Origin: Piromyces finnis finn
Taxonomy: Eukaryota; Fungi; Neocallimastigomycota
DNA length: 64,000 nt
Direction of reading: 5' to 3'
Assembly: GCA_002104945.1 (NCBI GenBank)
Contig: MCFH01000036.1
Span: 62,001 to 126,000 of the forward strand
Positions 42,499 through 53,702 of this stretch are shown in pieces (positions within the stretch are counted from its first letter, which is position 1; the number at the start of each line of letters is the position of its first letter). Below the pieces are notes generated by a model. That model had not been told where the DNA came from. It searched no databases and saw nothing but the letters and a program-made list of their open reading frames with translations. Made by a program: the position numbers and the translations under genes.

Positions 42499-43975
42499 TG
42501 AAATATACCATCACGATATGATGTTAAATCATTTGTTCAATGAGAATATGCATCTATTTTTATTATTATTCATTTTAAAAAAGAAATAGTACAAATTAAA
42601 ACCTTTTATTTTTATTTATATAATTCATATCTAACACATTAATGATTCTTCTTATATATATATATTTTTTATTATTAGTAAATTTAAAATTTATGGCTAT
42701 TATCCATTCATTAGATGAAAGAAAAACTTTTATCCATTCATTCTGTTTTTATTTTTAAAAAATACTTTTATATATTGTTTATGATACTATGTAAAAACAG
42801 AAAATATTAATAATAATGTAATTCTTTTACCTTTTATTTTAATATATCATTCCATTCATACCACACAAATTAGTTATTATTTTTAACTATTTTTATATAA
42901 TTTACCATTTATTTTATATATAATAAAAATTAATTTGTACAATTTTGTATATAAGGTGATATGAAGCATTAAAATAAATTAAAAAAAAAAAGATAAAACT
43001 TTTTTTTATAATATTGACAATATATTGTTAAAGTGATACTCTTTTTTTTAATTCAATCAAATTCCTTCTTCTATTTTCTTATGACTATTTTTTTACTTTA
43101 TTATTTTTTTTTAATTCCACTCAATTTTTTATAGCTTATATTTTAAAAGTATAATACTTGTAAATGGGATACATTATTATTATTTTTTTTGTTTATTTTT
43201 TTCTCTCATAAAATAAATTAATTTTCCTGTTATTGTCATATTTTATTAATTTAATTATTAAAAATTAATTATTCTAATCAGATTATTATCATTATTTTTA
43301 CCATTTATTTTTATTCTATTGATCATTTTAATCGATAATACCCCTATTTTTTAAAGTTTAATTGTAATGAAGACTTTTATTAAATGAAAGTAATATATAG
43401 AATATATTAAAAATAATGAGAGTAATTTAATTTATATTTTTCTCTTTTTAATTAAAAAAAGACAACTATTATATTACAATAGGAAAATTATATTATTAGT
43501 TATGACAATTTTAAATTAAAAATCTTTTTGTCAATTCTTTATTAATAAACTTTAATTAATATAAAATATATATAATATTATTCATTAGTAATGGTGTTTT
43601 TTTTATTATCGGAATTAAGGATTATTAATCCATTTTTTAGTGTAAGATCATATAATGCTAATTATTAATAAATTTTAAATAATAATAATAATAATAGTAT
43701 TAATAATAATAATTTTTTTTATAGAAAATATTGTAAATTTCTATAAAATATATTATATATTATATATATTAAATATATTAAAACATAAAAAAAAAAAAAG
43801 TATAAATAGGTTTTTAATTTCTTTTTTTTTTTTTTTTCATTAATTAAAACAATAATTTGTTTTATAATTAAAAAAAAAGAATTTTTGTTCGCCGGAACGA
43901 ACTAAAAAAAAATTTTTTATTATAGTATTTTATTATTATTGAATAATAATATTTTATTTACATTTTTATTTAAAA

Positions 43976-46261
43976 ATGCCATCTATTAGATCTGCTCTTG
44001 CTCTTCTCGGTGCTACTGCTGCTATTGCTGCTCCAATGCAAAAGCGTGCTAGCGATGAATACGGTAGACGTGTTACTGATCTTTACGATGTTATGACTGG
44101 TAATGGTTCTTACAGTTCTGAATACTTCTCTGCTGAAAAGGTTCCATACCACTCTGTTGAAACTCTTATGGTTGAAGCTCCAGATCATGGTCACGAATCT
44201 GTCTCTGAAACCTTCTCTTTCTGGATTTGGTTAGAAGCTGTTAACGGTAAGATCACTGGTAACTACGATGGTGTCGAAGAAGCCTGGAACTACTTAGAAA
44301 AGCACATTATTCCAGACAGCAAGAACCAACCAGGTAACAGTAAGTACAACCCATCTTCCCCAGCTACTTACGCTGCTGAACACGATGATATTGATGGTTA
44401 CCCATCTAAACTTATCTTCCAAGATGGTATTGTTGGTGAAGATCCAATTGCTAAGGAACTTTCTCAAGCCTACGGTAACTGGGATATCTACATCATGCAC
44501 TGGATTATTGATGGTGATAACTGGTACGGTTATGGTCAACAAGGTGATGGTACTTCTAAGCCATCTTTCATTAACACCTTCCAACGTGGTGCTTCCGAAT
44601 CTACTTGGAAGACTGTTCCACACCCATGTTGGGAAGCCATGAAGTGGGGTGGTCGTAACGGTTTCTTAGATCTTTTCACTGTTGATAACTCCTACGCTAA
44701 GCAATGGAGATACACTGCTGCTCCAGATGCTGATGCTCGTGCTGTTCAAGCTGCTTACTTCGCCTACATCTGGGCTGAAGAAGATGGTGTTAACCTTTCT
44801 TCTGTTGCTGCTAAGGCTGCCAAGCTTGGTGATTACTTACGTTACGCTCAATACGATAAATACTTCAAGAAGATTGGTAACTGTGTTGGTTCTGACAAAT
44901 GCTCTGCTGGTCGTGGTAAGAACTCTGCTCACTACCTTATCTCCTGGTACTTCGCCTGGGGTGGAGGTTTACAAGGTGACTGGGCCTGGAGAATTGGTTC
45001 TTCTCACACTCACAGTGGTTACCAAAACCCATTAGCTGCCTGGATTCTTTCTACTCAAGCTGCCTTTAAGCCAAAGTCTTCCACTGGTGCTAAGGATTGG
45101 GCTACTTCTCTTGACCGTCAATTAGAATTATTCAGATGGTTACAAACCCCAGAAGGTTGTATTGCTGGTGGTGCCACTAACTCATGGCAAGGTTCTTACG
45201 CTCAACCATCCAGTGATATCACTACCTTCTACGGTATGTGGTACGACTGGCAACCAGTTTACCACGACCCACCATCCAACAACTGGACTGGTATGCAAGG
45301 TTGGGGTATGGAACGTGTCTGTTCCTTATACTACGTTTCCGGTGATGAAAGAGCTGGAAAGGTTTGCCAAGAATGGGCCAAGTGGGTTAAGGACACTACT
45401 CGTGTCAGTGGTGGTGAAATTGTTCACGCTACTAACCTTGACTGGTCTGGTAACCCAGATGAATGGAATTCTTCCAACTTCAACAAGTCTAACCTTAACC
45501 GTTCCCTTCACGGAACTGTTTCTTCCGAAGGTGTTGATCTTGGTTCCATCGCTTCTATCATTAAGGGTTTAATGTGGGTTTCTATGAGAGATGGTGACCA
45601 AGAAGGTATTAACCTTTCTATTGAAGTTATGGATGCCATTGAAAACTACAAGGATGATCTTGGTTACTCTTCCCACGAAGCTCGTGGTGATTACGACAAG
45701 TTCGGTGGTGAAGTTTACATTCCATCTGGTTGGACTGGTAAGAATGCTCAAGGTGCCAACATTAAGAGTGGTGTTACTTTCATTGATATCCGTCCAAAGT
45801 ACAAGCAAGATCCAGATTGGGCTCAAGTTGAAGAATACCTTAACGGTGGTAACCCACCAGAATTCAACTACCACAGATTCTGGGCTCAAACTGAAATTGC
45901 TGTTGCTAACGGTCTTATTTCCATTTATGGTTTACAAAAGGATGGTTCCTCCAACAACGACAACAACAATTCTAGCAATGAAACTACTGTTTGCTCTGCT
46001 TCTATTACTAACCAAGGTTACAAGTGTTGTAAGGTTGGATGTCAAACCATTTACACCGATGCTGACGGTAACTGGGGTGTTGAAAACAACCAATGGTGTG
46101 GATGTGGTACTGCTCCAGCTCCAAAGCCAAAGTGTCCAGTTGCTATTACTAACCAAGGATATCCATGCTGTAAGTCCTGCGGTACCGTCTATTACACCGA
46201 TGCTGATGGTGAATGGGGTGTCGAAAACGGTGACTGGTGTGGTATGCCAACCAAATGTTAA
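43976..46261 (+). CDS. cel48A: Cellulosomal glycoside hydrolase family 48 cellobiohydrolase with two CBM10/non-catalytic dockerin domains
   Basis: Signal peptide MPSIRSALALLGATAAIAAP followed by MQKR. GH48 motifs: VPYHSVETLMVEAPDHGHESVSE, FINTFQRGASESTW, QWRYTAAPDADARA, HYLISWYFAWGG, YHRFWAQTEIA. Two C-terminal Cys-rich repeats (GYxCC...YTDADGxWGVENxxWCG). Intronless, strongly biased codons. Confidence 0.97.
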   Translation: MPSIRSALALLGATAAIAAPMQKRASDEYGRRVTDLYDVMTGNGSYSSEYFSAEKVPYHSVETLMVEAPDHGHESVSETFSFWIWLEAVNGKITGNYDGVEEAWNYLEKHIIPDSKNQPGNSKYNPSSPATYAAEHDDIDGYPSKLIFQDGIVGEDPIAKELSQAYGNWDIYIMHWIIDGDNWYGYGQQGDGTSKPSFINTFQRGASESTWKTVPHPCWEAMKWGGRNGFLDLFTVDNSYAKQWRYTAAPDADARAVQAAYFAYIWAEEDGVNLSSVAAKAAKLGDYLRYAQYDKYFKKIGNCVGSDKCSAGRGKNSAHYLISWYFAWGGGLQGDWAWRIGSSHTHSGYQNPLAAWILSTQAAFKPKSSTGAKDWATSLDRQLELFRWLQTPEGCIAGGATNSWQGSYAQPSSDITTFYGMWYDWQPVYHDPPSNNWTGMQGWGMERVCSLYYVSGDERAGKVCQEWAKWVKDTTRVSGGEIVHATNLDWSGNPDEWNSSNFNKSNLNRSLHGTVSSEGVDLGSIASIIKGLMWVSMRDGDQEGINLSIEVMDAIENYKDDLGYSSHEARGDYDKFGGEVYIPSGWTGKNAQGANIKSGVTFIDIRPKYKQDPDWAQVEEYLNGGNPPEFNYHRFWAQTEIAVANGLISIYGLQKDGSSNNDNNNSSNETTVCSASITNQGYKCCKVGCQTIYTDADGNWGVENNQWCGCGTAPAPKPKCPVAITNQGYPCCKSCGTVYYTDADGEWGVENGDWCGMPTKC

Positions 46262-47711
46262 ATAAAAATTACTAAAAAATTTTAATAAAATTTGAAAGTC
46301 AAAAGTTGAATATATTTAAATAAATAAATAAATAAATAAAAATGTTTTATTGTTCAAAAAATTTATTATAAATAAATAAACATTAAAATATTTTAATATA
46401 TATTTAAAAAAAAATTAAATATAATTTTTATTTATATATATATAGCAATTAGAATTAAACACAAAGAGTTTTATAAAAAAGAAAAAAGGAAAAATTTTAC
46501 AATTCAATAATAATAAAATTTATATTGATTATATAATTTTGTAAAATAAACAAAAAGAAGGAAATAAATAAACAAATAAATAAACAAAAATAAACCAAAA
46601 TTAAAATATTTTTTTTATAAAGTGTTTATAATGCCTAATTTTTATATAAGAAAAATTATTATATTTTCACAATTGAATAATTTAAAGAAGGTTAGTTTTA
46701 CAAGAACTAATAAAGTAATTATATCGGTTTAGAGGGCAAGATCTCGACCCTTAAAAAAAAACCGTTGCACTTTTACTAAATCATTATCGTAAGATTAATC
46801 TTAAATTATAGGTACAAAAATCATAGTGATATATAAAATTTCCTTTAAAAATATTTGCTATCATTAAAAAAAGAATTATTTTTTATAAGATTTGAATTTT
46901 TCTTAAATATGAACAAGTGATTCAAGGAATATTAATATGTATAATAATTATTATAGTAGGTTCAAAAAAAAAAGTATTTAAATTCCTTCATGGAGGAAGA
47001 AATTTAAACCATTATAATTTAAAGGAAATCAAATAGAAAGAATTTGGCAAGTGTCCAATTAAGCAAGATATTATATAAAATTAATATTTTTGATAGTCTC
47101 ATTTGGATATCTAACTAAAATTATGTTTTTTTTTTTTTTTTTTTTTTTTTTTACCAAAAACGGTCAATATTTAAAATGTTTATACAATAGTAAGGCAAGT
47201 AAAAGACCAGTACCATCCATAGAGGTTCATAATTTTATTTTCTGATTAAATTTGATTTTTACAATATGAGATTCAACATCAAATTAAAGTAACTTGAATA
47301 TAGTATGCTTAATTTTTTATTTATTCATTAAATTTACTTTTCTTTTTATGAATTTTTTAAAAATTGTTATTTATAGTATTTCCTATATTTAGAATTCTAG
47401 GCATAAGATTTTTAAATTACTTATTATTAAAAGTTCTAATTAAAATGGAAATTGATTTTTTTAATTTTGAATGGAAAATTTTTCCATTTTCATTTTATAA
47501 TTATTCCTGACTTTATTATTAATTTAAGGAGTAGGCATGATTCTTTTGTGTAACAATAACAAAACAACAAAAATGTCACCAATAACTGTATTTTATATAA
47601 AAATCTTATACTATACAAGGGGATAAGACATTCATCATAATATATGATCATAATAATAAATATTTATTACTACTAATAGATAATGATAATGAATAATAAA
47701 ATGTGGTACAT

Positions 47712-48016
<305 letters not shown>

Positions 48017-48333
48017 TTTTTTTTATTATTTTGTTTTCAGTATATTTTAAAATATTTAAAAAATATTACATCAAAATAAATATATTTAATAAACAAGCAA
48101 GTATTTAAATGTAAATAAAAAAAAAGATGTTTGAATAAAATTGATAATAATAGGTATCTATGCTTAAAAGTTATATTTTAATTATTGAATAATAAGAATT
48201 TAGTATCTTTAAAAGATACTAAGTTTATTTAAAGATGGTGTTTTCTATTTTTATTTTGATATATTTAATATTTAATGTTAAAAAAATTTTTTTTAGCAAA
48301 TATATTTAAGAATATCAATACTAATAATTAAAT

Positions 48334-49776
48334 TTAAATTAGAACAGAAGGATATGTATCTTTTATTTTTTCCCAAAGTTCTGGTTTTGTATAACGTAGA
48401 GTTTCAGGATCTTCACATAAACATACAAAGGTAGTAGCTACGCCCGAATTAATGACTTGAGCAACTACAGAGAAAATCATACAACCCATAAGAAAAGCTA
48501 TTATACCATAAATAATAAAAGAAATAGCATTACTAATTCCTAATATAAAACCGATCACTATTACTATTACAGCTGATAAACATCCAATGGTTAAAGATCC
48601 AATACTTAATACATTACTAATAAGACTATCATTAATAACCGCGTCAATACCATAAGACTTGCATAATTCCCAAGTATCCTTAGCTGCTTGACAATACGAT
48701 TTACCATAAATAGCAACTTCAGTAAATGCATAAACATTAAAATATTCAATCATATCACTAATACAGGAGAGAATACATTCAATGCAACACATCAAGATTA
48801 CTAAAAGACAATTACCATCTTCTTGAGCATCATTCTTAGCGGACTGAGCTAAAGCTCTTAAGGTTTGAAAAACAGCTATGACTATACTACCAAAACAGAT
48901 AGAACCAAAACTTGTAGTAATGGCACGTTTAAATGATTTCAATGTTGGATTTTTAACATTTACTTGAATTTTATTTGATCCTGATTGTGTTATTCCACAA
49001 AAGTAATATGTAGCAAAAAGACCTGAAATGGTTACATGAACTGTATTATTAATGACTTGGGCACTTAAATAAAATGAGAAAAGTAAGAAAACATAAATAA
49101 CATAACTAGTACCTCCAATAAGTTCATTAAAATAGGTAATGGAAGCAATTAATGTAATTCCAATAATACCATACCAAATAGCACCAATTAAACAACCCAT
49201 AAATCCAAAGAAAATTGTTGCTGGATATTTTTTAGTAACCGTTGTTACCGTGGTTAACATTACTTTAGCAAAAGGAATTCTAGAACGCCATAAAAAGAAG
49301 CAGAGAATATAGAGAAAAGCAAAAAAGATCATAACAAAACCCATTATAAAATTAATGAAGAAGGTTATAATGGCATAGATAAGATTTAAAATAATAGAGA
49401 TAATAAAGGTACCAATAATCATCTTTCCAGCAAATCGTTGCATTAATACCATATAAATCATAGTGAAAAGAATACTACTAATTAAACAAGCACTCAACAT
49501 AATAATCATATCTGATGTGGAATTACCACTTGAATTTCTTTTTCTTTTACAACCATCACATAATTTATCTGTATCCATATGAGGAATAGAAATACCGGCA
49601 ATAACTAAAGTAATCAATACTACTAAAACATAGATTACAGTTGCCCAAACATCTTGATATTTTGGCGAATTATTTATTTCTACTTTTGAGGATCGAACTT
49701 TTACATTTTTACTATTTACAGTAATAAGGTGTTCACTTAATGAATCCTGTTGAGATGAATAATATGGATCTATCAT
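48334..49776 (-). CDS. PNS1: Choline transporter-like (CTL/Pns1) protein, copy 2, short N-terminus
   Basis: Intronless 480-aa ORF, clearly paralogous to 30976-32880 ([51 protein letters not shown]). Confidence 0.9.
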   Translation of the reverse strand: MIDPYYSSQQDSLSEHLITVNSKNVKVRSSKVEINNSPKYQDVWATVIYVLVVLITLVIAGISIPHMDTDKLCDGCKRKRNSSGNSTSDMIIMLSACLISSILFTMIYMVLMQRFAGKMIIGTFIISIILNLIYAIITFFINFIMGFVMIFFAFLYILCFFLWRSRIPFAKVMLTTVTTVTKKYPATIFFGFMGCLIGAIWYGIIGITLIASITYFNELIGGTSYVIYVFLLFSFYLSAQVINNTVHVTISGLFATYYFCGITQSGSNKIQVNVKNPTLKSFKRAITTSFGSICFGSIVIAVFQTLRALAQSAKNDAQEDGNCLLVILMCCIECILSCISDMIEYFNVYAFTEVAIYGKSYCQAAKDTWELCKSYGIDAVINDSLISNVLSIGSLTIGCLSAVIVIVIGFILGISNAISFIIYGIIAFLMGCMIFSVVAQVINSGVATTFVCLCEDPETLRYTKPELWEKIKDTYPSVLI

Positions 49777-49888
49777 GATTACGATATTTTGTGATTAAGT
49801 AGAATATTAATTCATTAAAAAGAAAAATAAAAGAATAAAAAAAATTTTTTTTTTGCTTTGATTTTGGTATAAAAATAAAATATTGTAT

Positions 49889-49928
<40 letters not shown>

Positions 49929-50370
49929 AAGAAAATCAATATTATTAGATTATTTTGTTTAAATTTATTAATTATTTGAAAAAAGTTGAGTTTTTTTTTT
50001 TTTGTTAAAATATTGACTATTTAAATGATTTAATAATAATTATTAGGTATAAATATAATATTTTTTTATTTTATTTTAAATCCAGTAAAAAAATATCAAC
50101 ATTTATTTATGTATAATTTAATAATATATAACTTTTATTTCTTGGTTTATTACATCCATATAAAATTGATTATTATATTATAATAATAAAAATAATGATA
50201 TATTATTATTATATTAAAAGTACGTTTTTTTATAATTATAAAAGAAGTTAATAGTTACTATTTTTTTTTTTTAAATAAATGTGAAAATAAATAAAAAATA
50301 TATGTATTGAAATTAAAAGAAAAAATAATATTTTAATTATAATATCATATTATATATAAAAATTTATATC

Positions 50371-50408
<38 letters not shown>

Positions 50409-51132
50409 TCTCCTTTTTAATTATAATTGTTCATTTCTACTTTTTGATATTATATTTTTATTATAATATATATATATATATTTTGAAAAAATATCATCGA
50501 AAGTATTAATAAACGTCAATTTATTTTTCTTTAAGCTTTTTATACTTTTTAGAGAATTTTTTTTATGTACTTTAATCATTATACTTTTATTATATAAGAA
50601 TTATTATTATTTTTGGATAGTAATAATTGATATTTACTTTGATTAATTATAACAATTGTTTATTCTAAAATATCATTTGAATATTGATATATTTCTTTTT
50701 TCCTCAATTAATATAATTTAAAAGATCGCAATTATAAGAAATTAATATATTAATATATATTTAAATAACAAACTATCTGGTTATTATTATTATTTTTTAA
50801 AGGTATAGCTTCAGATTTAATAAATTTAAGTTGACATCTTTAAATATAATATATAACATTTTTTTGTTATATTTTTAAATAATATAACTATTCTTCACTA
50901 AGCATTTTTCATCAAAAGTACATTAAAAAGGCTTGATTATAATACATCAATATTATTAATATTAGCTTCATATTCAATCAAATATTTTATTAAATATTTT
51001 AATATTATTATATTTCTGATTTCTGTCATATTGAAAGTATATTGTTTTTAATTATTTTATAATATTATTTCACTCTTTTTTTTATTTTAATAGTATATTA
51101 AAAGTGACTCGCGATGCACACTAGCTAGTTAC

Positions 51133-51173
<41 letters not shown>

Positions 51174-51489
51174 AAATTTTTAAGTTCTTGTTATATAATG
51201 CCTATTATATATTACTATAATGTTTATAATATACTTTAGATTTCTTTGAAATAGTATAGTTGTATATGTTAAATAAAATAAAATAAAATAAAATAAAATG
51301 AAACAATATTATTAAATATATAAAGAATTAACCAATTTTCACATTTATATATATAAAGCTTATTAAGTTTATTATTTAAATTATTTCATTTTCAATGAAT
51401 ATTTAAAAAAAAATATTTAAATTAAAATATTAATAGTTAAAATAAAATATACTATTTTAAATTATACTATTTAATTTTGAATTAACATA

Positions 51490-51888
51490 TGATACGGGTT
51501 AATTTTATGTAGAAAGAATTAAACTTTAATTAATATATATTTTATTAATAATTTTATCTATAACGTTCCAATATTTCTATTCTGTCTAAATACTAAAACG
51601 TTCTGTCGTTGTCAAATATTAAAATTCTAACTAAAACAAGAAGCCCAGTCTATTTATACTAATGAGGCTTACTTAGTAATTAATTGTCCAATTATAAGGC
51701 TGGAACTATATGGATCATTCATTTACAATACTCTTTTACATTACATGATATTACATTTGTCGTACATTTACATTATATTCTTATACATTGTAGAAATAAT
51801 TAATATTATAATAAATCTATATAAATTTAATATTAGGAAAAATTACTAATATAATAATATGTTCAAGTCACATATTATTTTTATATCA
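51490..51888 (-). mobile_element. Probable solo LTR
   Basis: A 399-bp segment bounded by TGATA...TATCA inverted ends and flanked by a CATA 4-bp direct repeat on both sides. It contains a TATAAATAG TATA-like box on the minus strand (~51650) and is compositionally less monotonous than its flanks. Confidence 0.5.
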
Positions 51889-52042
51889 CATATTTTAATA
51901 TTAAACATTAATAGGACGTTAGATAAAATGGATTTGAATTTTATATCTTTTTTTATTAACGAACAATATTAATTTTACTATAAATATTTTAAAGCAAGGT
52001 AGTTCAAAAAAAAAAAAAAATAAAACTAATTTTATTTAATTA

Positions 52043-52459
52043 TTAGGTATGTTTATTAACATCAGCACCATGTTCAAGTAAATAATTTAAAATATTCATA
52101 TTTCCGTTCCCAGCAGCAATTAATAACGGAAAAGTGCCATTATTATTTGCTTGATTTACATCAGCTCCATGATCAATTAAGAATTTTACAGTCTTTTCAT
52201 TATTTAACATGCAGGCTTTTATTAATGGAGTATTACCATATATATCTGCCGTATTAATATCTGCACCATATTTAAGCAAGGTTTCCATAATTTTTATATA
52301 ATTTTCTTCTTTGGCTGTTTCTTCTTCTTCTTCTTCTTCTTCTACAGTTATTTCTTTTTCTTCTTCAGTTATTTCTTTTTCTTCTTCAATATTGTTTTTT
52401 AAAAGCAAATAAGATAAAAAATTCTTAGTTTCATATTTTTTCTGAGTAATTTTCCATTC
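52043..52459 (-). pseudogene. Isolated ankyrin-repeat exon or fragment with a short Glu-rich stretch
   Basis: LLKYGADINTADIYGNTPLIKAC...FLIDHGADVNQANNNGTFPLLIAAGNGNMNILNYLLEHGADVN encodes about 3 ANK repeats. There is no ATG start; an in-frame stop and an AG acceptor lie just upstream, and no partner exons were recognised. Confidence 0.6.
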
Positions 52460-53139
52460 TTAATAAATAAATAAATATTCAAATAAATCTTTTTTTTTTT
52501 ATATCTTTTTATTATATATAGTGAAAGTCTTATTTTTTTTAAGTAAGAAATTTTTTTCTTTTTATACTTTTTTTTTATTTAAAAAAATATATATTCATAA
52601 AATATAAAACTATGTCTTTTCATTGTTTTGTCTTTTTTTTAATTTTAAAAAATAAAACTAATATCATAATAATAACATTAGTTTATGGCCATTTTATTAA
52701 GCCTAAAATCATTGAATTTGTCCAATTTTTAGATGCCTTTCTTTTTCTCTTTTTTTTTTTAAAAATAGATAAAAGCACTATCCAATAAAATTTGATTATA
52801 ATAAATTAAAAATAGATAAATTATTATAAATTAAAGTTACATTATATTGATTAAAAAAACTTTTTAATTTATTAATAAAAGCATATTGAAGGAGGACAGC
52901 AGGACTCGAGTATTTTTATAACATGTGTAAGATAAGTTTATTATATATAGTAATTTTATTATTTAGTTTTACTTCAGATGATAATTATTATTAATATTTT
53001 CAGTTTAATTTTTTTCTATTCTATTATTTCTTTATTAATTATTTATATTATTTATTTTTCTTCATTAGAGATTAAAAAAAAAAAGCTAATATATTTTTTA
53101 TAGATATGATGTCTAATAATTTAAAGTTGTTAAGACCTA

Positions 53140-53172
<33 letters not shown>

Positions 53173-53702
53173 AATAAAATATTTGCTTTCCTCATTTTTT
53201 AGTTATAACTTTTTTTCCTATTTGAAAATAATTTAATAAAAGGATAGTTTGAATGGCAAATTTTTATTTAAAAAATAAATATAATAAAAATCTTGAATTA
53301 AAAATGTTTTTAAATCTTTTGATTCTATGAACATTGTTTTAGGCAATAACATAAAATATAATTTTAGTAAAAAAAAGGTTTCTTATTTTCAAATCATAAT
53401 ATTCTATTTTTGAAATTTAATTATTTTACTATTTACATATATATTTTAGTAATTGCACAAATCATGAAATAATTAACTCAACTTTTAACTTTTTAAGAAT
53501 GGTAATGGACGATACTGAAAAATGTTATTTTATATAATTTATTTAATTTAAATCTTTCAAAAAATTCTTAATTTTATGACAAGTGTTACTGTATATATTT
53601 ATTTATTTATTTTTTACATATGAATTTTAAGTAAAAAAAAAAAAAAAAAAAAAATACAATTATTTTAACTATATTTAAAAGAAAATAGGCTTTTAATGAA
53701 TT

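Noticed and set aside
42229-42589. ORFs of 63 and 97 aa in the GC-rich insert
   Set aside because: No RT/endonuclease motifs; one runs through the poly(A) tail, so they are incidental.
43970-46265. Overlapping alternative-frame and antisense ORFs within GH48
   Set aside because: By-products of strong codon bias; no recognisable motifs.
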